Shown: piece by piece, positions 46,361 through 58,300 of the stretch
How positions within the stretch are numbered: position 1 is the first letter of the stretch
Layout of the letters: each line of letters starts with the position of its first letter
Source: Macrostomum hystrix
Taxonomy: Eukaryota > Animalia > Platyhelminthes
Assembly (NCBI GenBank): GCA_950097015.1
Contig: CATNEN010000010.1
Coordinates: 1,240,001-1,304,000, forward strand
Reading direction: 5' to 3'
DNA length: 64,000 nt
Position numbers and translations under genes: made by a program
Notes under the pieces: generated by a model
What the model was told of the DNA's origin: nothing
Databases searched by the model: none
What the model saw: only the letters and a program-made list of their open reading frames with translations

Positions 46361-49300
46361 GTTAAATGTGACCTTTTAGGTTCTGATAAGATGTAGCTAG
46401 ATAGTGTTGAAAAGCTGCAAAATTTAATATGATATTTTATACATAAAAAAATATATATTCACTTTTAAGAAATCAACTATAGATTGCATCTCTTATTGGA
46501 ATACTTAGGGGCACAGTGGGCCATACCTATGTTTCTGGAACTTGGGGGCATGACATCAGTAATGCTTGATCCTTTGTATGTACTACCAGTTAAATATTTG
46601 ATAAAAAGGTTTACCATGGTAGACCTGCATGGTTTAACAATTACAATACATACACATAATGTCAAGTAGCATAGCAATAGTATAGTACTAGCATTGCCTT
46701 CAGACAGCATGTGCGGCTGTTCTGTCAGCTACACATTTGGCCCAATTGGGGTAGGTAAAGGCTATTAATTTTATATTAAAGTTGAACAACAAATCTAACA
46801 ATCCACAACAAAAATAGCAAATACCCAAGCACAAAGTCTTTGCACATGAGAGTATACAATAACATATCTAATATTAATCCAACTTGATTTGCAAATAACT
46901 TTGTAATGTTTATATATTACACTATAGTAAAGTGAATAAAGCCTTACTAATTATCAAAAAGGATAATGTCTATTAGCACTAGCAATCCATAGTGAAGGCT
47001 AAGAAAAAAATAATATATAGCTAAGCTTATGCCTTAGTTGGGTCATTACTTTCAGTTTAGTTTAATATAATTTAAATTGTGTCAAGAAATAAACACGTAA
47101 ATCTTAATTCTAAAACTCATAGTCTAAAAGTGGCTATGCAATTGGGTGAAAAGAGCTGAACAATTGTGAGAAAGCACAACAAAAGAAATTTTGGGTATCA
47201 ATATGGATTATTTTAGGGGGTTAGGAAGTTGATAAGACATTAGTCAGTCAAGGAAATCAGAGTTAGACAGTGAGGAAGGATTCTACCCTATTTTTTCATC
47301 CTTAGATAAGCTTGCTATTATTCTGAAATCTGAGCAATAGAAGATGCATAGGACAAAACTGAGTTTGACAGACTGTTGGAAACTATCACAGTTCACCTGA
47401 CTCTGGTGAGTTTAGTCAACAACAGCCTAGTCAAAATTGAGACAATCGAGGTTGAAGTGCAAGATCACAAGCTGTGCAAAGCTCTATTATGACAGCATAC
47501 TGAGCCTCGACTAGCTAATCTATGAGAGCTATAAGCAAGAGACTGGCCATACCTCAAATTCATGAGCAGGTACCATCTGAGAGCCAGTTGGTGTCCAGAA
47601 TTCTGGTACTAGTACAGTAAGCCTAGACAGGTGACCATCCTCAGGATGATAGCCCAGGAGTCAATTTCAAAGAAATCATGGCCTATCTGAGAAGAGTAGA
47701 AGGTGCTGAAGAACCACTAAAGCTTATTTTAGAGAGGACGGCGTCAAGAGGACAATATAAACAGAGGTTTAAGACAAAACAAAGCACAGTTTTGGCGTGA
47801 ATTAGAACTTCAATAATTAAATGTACGATTAATGTGCCGTAACATATAAATAAAGAGAGCCCCGTACTTAACACCTATCGCAATACTAGCTATAGTCATT
47901 TTCACGAATGCAATTGAGAGGAAGCATGCTTGCTAATAACTTCATACGTAAAATATGACAGTCACAATAATGGACAATCGATGTTTATTTTAGGTCGTAC
48001 TGTTATACCTCCTGAGCTGCTAAAGACATCCTCCGCCGCTAGGACAGCGCATGCAAACTATGTGCATTAAAACATTACGTTCCAATTTAAAAGTTTTTCA
48101 AAAAAAGAAGTCACGAATGTCACGATAATCAAAATATAAGAATATTTCACTTGCATAGAGCGAACTAAAACTAACACCAGAACTAAAACTAACAACAGGT
48201 TAATGCTTCTATTATCTATTTCGGAATAATGGCTTTTAAGTTAGTTCATGACCGGTGGGGCTGCATGACCATAAAAGCAATATGTTTGGTCAAATTCTAC
48301 CTAACTGTCGTATTGCGAATGTGCAATAAATAGGCTTAGACCAGACTTGAAACGCTGAGACAGTACAGAAAATCCTAGCACATGCATTATCTTATTAGTA
48401 GATATTTTTGTATTCAGACATCCAACTGCATTCACATTCACTTAGAACTGAATAAGCACCAAAGCCTACTCAAGTAACGTATATATACTTCAGTAGTCCT
48501 TGGCAAGCTTATTGTTGTTGTCCTTGACTATGGAGAGGAAAAAATATGCAGTCAGAAGTGTCAAATTACAAAAAAGGCATTATAATATAGAGGTAATGCA
48601 AGTGTATTTTGCTGATTATGAGAGCCTCTGCAAGGAGTGATCCTTGATTCTGCAACTAGGAGATTGTAGCGTGTCCTTTTAGCTGGTCGTTCGTTCGGTC
48701 AGATCGTTTCACGCAGCTTTACAGGATACCTACTTAAATTTAATTTGCCGTATAAATTTACTGTTACATATAATGAAGTCATACAGTTCAGCGCAATACA
48801 TATTCATGACGAATACTTGAAAATCTCCAAATGCATCTCCAAATTTCCTAGATTTACAGAAGACAGGCTTCAAAACTTCAAGACAAGAACATGACGAATT
48901 CAAGAAGAATCTCCAGCTCAAATATTCAAAGGCTCCATTTATATTTATTCAAAAGTGACACTGGCACAAGGTTTCGCATGTCGAATAATAAGCATAAAGT
49001 TATTTGGAAACATTAAATCAGCACATTTAAAAACGAGCAGAAAGGGTATTTTCTAGCGGCATGCTTGTCCAACACTCCGTTTTAAACTCAAAACTGAGCT
49101 CGACAAGAGAGAGAGTCTATTATGATCTTAATGATCACAATCTAGTTCTTTTTTTGTTGGACGTTAGATAGTTACCAGGGAGTCACAACCGGTCTTTAAA
49201 GCCATCTCTAAATTCAGCTAAAGGTGCTGGGATTTGTGTTGCGTGTATCCATACGATTAGGGTTTGCACAAGTGTTAGACAGCTGCACGCAGAACTAAAA

Positions 49301-50172
49301 CAAAAATTCTGGCTTGTCGAAAATCTTTACTTAACTTCGCTGCTTGGTGTACCAAAAAGTACATTAAGAAATAAATGATCACGTTTAATCAAAATGAATC
49401 CGTGCTGTATAGCCATATTAACACAGAAAATAGAGGTTAATAGAACAAGCAACTGTTCTATTAATTCACACTCTGCATATGGCGCCAGACAATAACGGGC
49501 AATATCGTGAAGCAAGAGAGACCCATGCGTTGATGAAGGAAGAGGAAAATTACATGTAAGCAAAGTTTGAACTTAAGGAGTCCCATGCGAGCACAAAGAA
49601 TCCGCGTTGATGGCGCTAGCAGTCAAATGTACTCAGGAGAGTGCACAGAGGAGAAACACAGAGCGCTCTCGACAGATACTGCAGACAGATACTTCAAATT
49701 GATGGGTAAGTGACAGAGCATTGTGGTCAGATGAAATTATAAATTTACTTGAAATACTATATTAACGGAGTTAATAGCGCAGCTTCAAACAAGCGCACTT
49801 TTGGAAAGCAGCGCGTTAAATTGCGCCCTCTTGTGAAATTTTTTTTGCGAAACTTAAATTTCGCTTGCTCAAAAATAGTAACATAAAAAACCAGCTAAAA
49901 ATGAAACGAGAGTGTACATGTATTGTTGAGGTGTAGACTCAATTATGGACAATGAAGCCCAAAAAGCAGATGCCCAGCAAGTGTCGCAACATTGCTTACT
50001 TTGCTGGCGTGAGAGTGTTATGCACTTTAGATGCGGGCAAAAGGCAAGTGACAGAATACTGACTGGGAAGTGGCTGCGCGCGCTTTGAGAGCCGTAGCGG
50101 TTTGCGGGTCCTTCTGAGCAGGAGGGGCGGTGCGAGGTGGTCGGTTCGTGCAGCGGAGTTGAGGCGTGGCCC

Positions 50173-52336
50173 CTAGCACCAATACGCGTTTTCCTCGCAC
50201 TCTTCTTCCTCCAAGTATTGGTCCTCCTCATCCTCTGCGGCTTCGCCGTGGCGGATGCCAACGATAGCGGGCAGAGCAGCAGCTGCCTGGTAGCGAAAGG
50301 CGGCCAGGGGACGCAGCGAAGCTACAGCCGCTGTCGCCGTGGACAAAGCTGGTTGCGGCGTTGGACGACGCGCCATAGGTGGCGACATATCGTCGTAGTC
50401 ACCGCTCATTGCTGCTGCCTCTAACCGAGCCTCATCATCGTCCATATCGTCTAGATCGGCTGCAGCGGTTGCCTCAGCTTCGTCGACTATATCAACATCT
50501 GAGTCGATCAAGGCGGCGCAGTTGTCGTCGTCATCTTCATCGCCAGCGACGACGGCAGCTGTGGTAGACCAGCCAGAGCCGACGGCACGGGCCAGAGGAG
50601 GCGGTCGACGCGTCGGCGAGTCGCTCAACCTAGGGAAGTTGATGCAGATCTGGCCCTGAGGAGGAGGCTGTCGGACCCGATTTGCGCGACTTAGAGTTGG
50701 CGATGGCATTACATGCGGCATCCGGTCAGGGGTCAGTGCCGACTGTTGTTGTGCTTGCGGCAAAGAAGGCTGTGCATGATGCCAGGCCGCAGACAGAGGG
50801 ACTCGGATGGGGCGCTGGAGGCTTGACCGAGGCAAAGGACTTGGGCTTCGTGGCTGTTGCTGCTGTTGCTTTTGTTGTTGCTGCTGCATTGGTGTCGCTA
50901 GTAACGGCTGCTGCGACAACGGCAGCTGTAGTGGGGACGCGGAGCCGCCAGCCATGATCCGCGCAGATGTTGAAGGTCCTGGCGCGGTCGGAGAGGGGCT
51001 CTTTGATCGGGACTCGAGCGACGTGGCTTGCATGGTGGGCGGATAGTCTTCGTAGCCATGCCGCAAGCTGCCGGCCAGCCGGCCCAGCCCGCCTAAGCTG
51101 AGATTCGTCGACGTCATCGGTCTGCTCGGTGGCCGACCCGGGTATGATGCGAAGGCGGCTGCGGCGGCCGCGGCGGCTGCATTGGCAGCGGCAACGGCTG
51201 CGGCCTCGTCTGAGGAGCGCTGGCTACTTCGGCCTGTCAATCGTTGTGCGGATGTTGAGGATTTTTCTATTGATACGTGAACCCGAAATTGAAATGCAGA
51301 AGGAAAATATGTCTATATGGAAGTTTTTGAGTTTCTTAACCAATCTGGACAAACTCAGAGTTCAATGTACCAATGAAGAGAAATTAGTACATCAATTCAT
51401 CTAAACTGTATCAATGTACTTGAAAATATGCTTGTTAGTAAAAAATCGATTTCACTATATTGTTAACTCTGTAAAACCTTTGAATATATCCGATACCATT
51501 TCGTCATTAATCTATTAGGCAACTCTGATGGACAAAATTTTTACACATAAAATGGCATTCGTGTATTTTACATACTCTCACTGGTGAAGCGAAAGTTAAC
51601 CAAAATAGTTAAAGCGTGCAAAGCACAGCTGTGATGAAGGGTAAAAACTTGAATCCGATATTTGTATTTCTACCTAACCGTGTTATACTACGAGCGCGGG
51701 CCATTCAGAAGTTAGTGCTAAACGACACAAAAGTTTCTTTAGAAATTTTTTTATGAACGAAAAGTATCTACATTTTCATACTAGAAAGGGTTTCAAAATG
51801 GTTAGTACTTATCTCTTAGTTTCCATGCCTCATTGTAAACAAACAGATTCATTCTTTATTGATAGTTTAGCCGTTTGGTTGGAGGTAAGTTCAAGTCCGA
51901 TCTGATGGGTCAGCTGTGTGTGTCCCTAGAGACCTAAAATATCTGGCACTGGATGGCACAAACTCATGTCCCTGAGGCACAGGCTCAGAGAGTAAGCGGT
52001 TTGGAAGAGCCACCATTATAATACTATGAGGTTAGTATCTGGGCAACACAGCGCACGCGGCAGGCAAGGTGAAGCGAGGCAGGCCGCTGACAGGCGTTGG
52101 AGGAAGCGCACACTAGAGAGAGGGAAGCATCGTGGGTTCGCGCGCGGCGCCCAACATTACCAAAGTAAGCGAATCGCTCATATCGCTCTCTTTCAGCTAG
52201 CCGGTGGGCCTGGTCGATCATGCTAGCCACAGCGTGGGCAAACCCACCTGACTGGGCCGAATGCTGCGGGGGGCTGCCCGGGGACTCCAACTGCTGATAC
52301 AGGAGGTGCTGCTGCTGCTGTTTTTGCTGATGATGA

Positions 52337-52372
<36 letters not shown>

Positions 52373-55300
52373 TGATGCTGAAGCTGGTGCTGCTGCAGGT
52401 GCTGCTGCATCATCGGTTGCGCCTGCTGCTGACGCCAGGATCTGGCATCCACAGGCGTGACCGGAGGGCTGACTGGGCTGCAGGGACTTTGAGGGCTTTG
52501 CTGCGGCTCGGCTGGGTAGTTGCGCATGATGGCCGGGCGCTTCTGCTGCAGCTGAAATGCAGAGCGCGTATGCTTCAGCATCGTGTATCAGGCGTTTTTA
52601 TGAAACAAATAATGAACTCAGTGGTTCACAGTGCAGCGCTCACCTGCTGATGCATCAGTTGCTGAGCAGCCAGATGCTCCGGGATCACTTCCTGCCGCTC
52701 GCATCCAGATTCGGAGCCCGCGTGCTTCAGGATTGAAAAAGTGCGCTTTTGTTGCTGCGTTGATTGTTGTTGCTGCTGCTGTTGCTGCTGATGGTGTCGG
52801 TCAATGCTGGACAATGACATCGGTGGCTGCTGACTGCTAGGCGAACGGAGCGACCCTGTTTGACTGGAGGCAAATCGATTTGAAATTTGAAATATGTTTA
52901 AGAGGTGCAATTGGTTTGATCTGTTTCATGCTGAACAAGATAATGTTTTTTAAGACATTGAAGACTCAAGCATACACATGCATTTGACAAGCAAAGCGCA
53001 CGGCATATAGATTCCAGGGTGGCTTTTGCCGCCTGCTCGAGTGAACTAAAATATATACTCGTAGAAGCACATATTTACTGCGATTGTATCTACCTGTGTT
53101 CGATTCTGAATTAATAGGTACAAGCGTACATTGATATATTAAGTGTACTTTGGACTGAACGTCTACCTTCGAGGTTTGCGAGGGGGTTGAAATTTAGGTG
53201 GTCTGTGCTGTCCATGGACTGAACAGCACACTCAATATTTGTTGTGCTGTAAATCTGACCTTACTGGGCTAGGCATCATTTCTATGAATCGATATTTCTA
53301 ATTAAAGATTTACATGTAGTATCGACCATCAATGCACCTAAAGTCCTTTTTGAAGTTTTAAGTGAACTAAATTTAACATTTAAATACAACTTTTAGACGG
53401 CATTTGATTTGTGGCACTAGCTGTCCAAGTATCTTCGAATCTGAACAGCACCTGTGGGTGGATTTTCCTGCACCTCCGCCATTGCCACTGCTGCTGCCGA
53501 AGACACCGACGCCACCGCCGCGACCGCCGTGAGACTTGTGATGAAGCTGGTGAGGATTCTGTTGAGGATGCTGGTGGTGATGAGGATGCTGCTGGTGTTC
53601 CTCCTCGGATGAGGCACGCGAGTTCAGGCTCTCGTGCGATTTGTGCACGTTGACGCGGATCATGTTGTCCATCAGGCGCGCCAGAATCGAAGCCTGCTTG
53701 GCCTGAAAGAAGGCAGTTTTCATGCGGGTAGCAATCGGAGAGGCTATAAAAGACAAATCAAGCAAATTTAGCAGAAGCCCTTCCTCCAACCCATGCACTG
53801 CTGCTGCATGCTGATAGAAACGCGCAAATAATTGTTTTCGAGAGTACATAATTAAGGCCTTGCAACCAGTTGATCGAGGCAGCCCAGTGACTGGCGACTT
53901 GTTAGCTTACTTTCTTACGACATGCAGTGTTAAGCTCCCGGCCACCAAACAGACTAAGTTTGTTTTGACCCAACCCAGACCTACTCGGCAGTGCTCTCGC
54001 TGGTGGAGCATTCAAGAGTGCACGGGCACTTGTCCAGTGGCTTGTACGAGCGTAAACAGAGAGGGAGACGGTTGGAGAGTGTCTTTGTCTGTACTTAAAA
54101 ACACGGTTCCTAAAAGTGCGAGGGTGCTAAACAACTCGTGGTAAACAAGCTGGTCAAGGGTTGCTCAGAGAGCATTCAAATGTACTCTCGATAGCGTCTT
54201 CTCCGCTCAGAGCACAGGTCAGTGACTGCATCAATGGAATCGGTAACAACTAAATTGAATTCGCTTGATGCTTTCAACAGCCAACAGCCCGTCAACCAAG
54301 GAAATGACTGAAAATGTGAGAAAATCTAAAAAATTCAACGGAAGTGTCGCAAATAATAGCAGAGCAATCTGTCGTGAGAGAAAGAACACACGATTAAATC
54401 AAGCAAATCTGTTGAAAACGAATCCAGAAATGATTGCATGCTCTTAGTGAGAGTCTAGCACATCAGCATCAGCATCGACGAAGATTCCGGACAGAAATAA
54501 ATATATCAAATGAAAATTTGCAAGTGAGTTAGTACGAAAGTCAGTCACTCGTCCCGTCTCTGCTACTATTTTATTAGTAGTATTGTGCGATAAAAATAAG
54601 CATCCAAAATGACACAAGCTGGCCCAATATTTCAAATAGTAAAGCAGATTCGTCTATGGCCAAGCCTATTGATGGATTATTGTGGTAAGTATGGCTGGCC
54701 TTGCAAAATCAGTAAAGCATTGTTAGCCTAGAGCTAGTCTAATGAATTTTATCGTTTGTGTAACTTTTAGTGTGTGCAATGAGTAAAGTAGCTCGTAGTA
54801 ATTTAAGGCACCTCAATTCACATTAGGTCAAATAAACTCAATTTCTCACTATGAAAATGAGCTGACGGGTAGCGATCGGAAATGCTAGTCAAATAAGGCA
54901 ACAAGGTAAACAAGCCGTCTTTCTGTTTGAAGCTTTGTATCATTTTTGTAAGTTCAGCTGCGCCTTAAGGCAAGAAGCGAGGCGTGAGGTTTGAGGTTTT
55001 GACAGACTAGCAAAGTTGAGTAACTTGCTCCCAAAATTTTAATTTTGATGCGACCGTTGAAATGAAAGACACTTCATATTCAACTTACGCACAGGCAGCC
55101 ATGAATTGGGCAGGAAAGTGAGAGAATTAAATAAAAATTAATAAACAAAATTAACAATCCCATCATATATACACACAGAGAGAAAGCAATACATGTCGCG
55201 TGTTGGTGAGTATGGCTGCCATCTTGAGGACTCAAGTTAGCCAAATCAGCAAACTGTACCTCTTCCAGCCCCAAGTTGGGCCGAACCGGCGTTGGCGGCA

Positions 55301-58300
55301 CGGGCGTCACCTGCGGCGCGATTTTTTCAGAGCGCGTGAAAAAGACTTTTCTTTGAACTGGGAAGTTTTACAATGTCACTGTGTCACAATGTCTCTGTGT
55401 CACAATGTCTCTGTGTCACAATGTCTCTGTGTCACAATGTCTCTGTGTCACAATGTCACTGTGTCACAATGTCACTGTGTCACAATGTCACTGTGTCACA
55501 ATGTCACTGTGTCACAATGTCACTGTGTCACAATGTCACTGTGTCACAATGTCACTTTGTCACAATGTCACTATGTCATAATTTCACTGTGTCACAATGT
55601 CACTGTGTCACAATGTCACTGTGTCACAATGTCACTGTGTCACAATGTCACTGTGTCACAATGTCACGTTAATTGTGCCAGAACTAAATTTAGTACGACG
55701 AGTTGCAGGCCAGGATGTCAGGAAAGCTAATGTGCAGAGTTGGGTTCACAGTAAAGCGTGCAGGATTATTTCGGTGGATGCGTACGAGTATGTGCAGTTT
55801 TTACCTGGTGCCCAGCAGACATCTCCACAACAGTGTGTTTGAAGTAAATAACATCGTGTCAGTAAGTATTCAGAGCGGATTCAGAGTTTTAGTTGGAGGA
55901 GTTCCAAGGATTGAAAGAATTCCCAAAAGTGCTGCTGAAGTCTTCTCGAGAGATTTCTTGCTTGTTGATACTCTTGTTTTCCATTTTTTCCATGCAAATA
56001 TAGCTTGGGTGAAGGAAAGCCAACTGTCTACTTCAAGTAGCAGAGAAGTGCACAAACTTGTGAGAATGAAGAGAAAGAAAACAAACTTACGGATCCGGGC
56101 TTGTCCTTGCTGCTCTTGAAGGCCTTCCAATTGTCCACTATGAGGTAGCCGGCGTAAATTTTCCCGACTGTCAGCTTGAACTCGTTCAACTCTAGAGAAT
56201 TTGGGCGAATGCGAATAAAATATTCACCTGGATTGGTCGTGTGACGCATGTGATAAGCTCGTCCACTGCACATAAAAAATTGTATGCAAATACATTTCCG
56301 CAAAAAGATCATTTGGCGACAGTCGAATAGCAACCGGCGAGAAGCCAATCCTGTCAGTAACGTTGGATGAAAATTGTTCGACAAGGCCAAATATACGCTC
56401 GTACCTCTCTCCGCAGCTGCACCCGAACGTGTTAGCTTACCACGGATTCGAACGCCGGGAGGTGGACGCTTTTCCGCTCCACCACTCACCCACATATCTA
56501 TCCAGCCCAATAGCGAAACACTAATCGAAACCCAGTAGTTTTCAAAGTATTTACCGTCGTCCGGTGGCACCAGTTTATTCAGGCACTTCTTTGCCCGCAG
56601 TGGCCACATCTTCTGAATGCTCTGGCGCAGCTCCTCGTTCTTGCGGTCCATCTCTTCCGCGACGGCCATTTTGATGGCTAGCGACTCACGAATCAACGCG
56701 AACAATGTGGTGGTGAAGTGGACCGTGCCATTATCATCCACTGGCATGTTCATTCTGATGAGCTTTCTGTAGGCCAGCTTATTCGGACACTTCTTGCCGA
56801 AGCCGACAGGCGGCTCCATGTTGCGCAGCATTTCGTACATATCTGTGTAGTGAATGCGCCCTGTTGCGGCCGGGTCGAACTCGGCCCACACCCGGCTGTA
56901 CTCGTCCAGGTGATGCGGGCCCAGGATAGACGAGTCCCGAGTCAAGTAGTCGAAGTTGTCCATGATGACGGCCACGAACAGATTGAGCATGAGGAAGTTG
57001 CAGAAGAAGATGAAGGACACGAAGTACATGTACGAGATATTGTTGCCGCAGCTAGCCGTCGCCTCCTCCGACCCCGATGCGGAACCGCTCATTGCACTGG
57101 ACGCTGCTTCCCCTCCCGTGTTGGCGAGAGTCTCGCAGGCCTGGGGGTTTGTACAGGCCAGCATGATTGACTGCCAGGCCTCGCCAGTGGCGCAGCGGAA
57201 TAGCAGCACAAGGCCCTTGTCGAACGACTTGAAGCTGTTGTGCCGGTTGATGTCGCTGTTGTTGTCGATCTTAATGTTGCCGAATACCTGCATGCCAATG
57301 ATGGCGTAGATGAAGAAGAGCATAATGATGAGCAGGCAGACGTAGGGCAGGGCCTTGATGGACTGGATGAAGGTCCACAGCAGGATGCGGATCGTGTAGC
57401 CCTGGCGAAGCAGCTTGATGAGGCGGGCCGCTCGAAACAAGCGCAGGAAGCCGAGATTGGGAAAGTTTTGTTGCTGCGGATGTTGTGGTTTGTTATGGGC
57501 GTTGTTGCCTGGCGAAATGCTTTGACTGTCTCATTGCCCTAATAAATAGTTTTTAGTGCACTAAACCCAATCAACAGTTCACCTGCAGCGCGGAGACCAG
57601 GACATCCGTGATGCTACCGATCACCGTAATGAAGTCGAAGATATTCCAGCGATCCCTGAAGTAGTTCTGAAAGTGATACCGAATTCAAAGCTGCTTAAAA
57701 TGCGACGAATTGAGTTGAATTTTGATCTCTTCTAGTCGTGATTCTTTAATTTTTTCGGCAAAAATTTTATCAGAATCACAACATTGATAGGAAATAGAAA
57801 TTATTCTACACTCATTAGAATATATAAATTTTGCTTTACACATTTAGCTTTTAATACTGCAAATAAACAAGACAAATAGGCATGCGTGAAATAATAAGAC
57901 GAAAAGGTTGGCTCAAAACGACTGAATATTCGGGCCTAATTTCTACTACTCAGTTTCTATGAGTGCTTCTGTAATGGACCCCTACAACAAAAACTACTCG
58001 TAGAAAATAAATTACAACAACTTTGTAAATTTGAGAATTATTTTTACTAGTTTCTATCAAGAAAGTTAACTAAAAACAACAACGTGACAAACTAACGGCT
58101 GTGGAACACCAAAGCGGAAACTGAATGGGACATAGGTTAGGTGAAGCGTTTTACCAATAGATGTACAGAGTGGGAAAGTCAGTTAGGAAGGCGTCTACGT
58201 GAGTTGATGGCTTAAACTAGGTGAAGCAGGAAAATAAAACGCTAGATAAATTCCTAGCAAGTGCATAGCAACTGACTTGAGTATTATCTGAGCTCTACAT

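Noticed and set aside
49550-55870. Several plus-strand GTAAGT/GTGAGT sites suggesting an antisense spliced transcript over Cav2
   Set aside because: Frequency is compatible with chance in AT-rich introns; no matching acceptors or ORF assembled
55870-56027. ORF continuation after the IQ exon as an alternative IQ exon
   Set aside because: Read-through into intron; no GKIYA motif and no suitable donor
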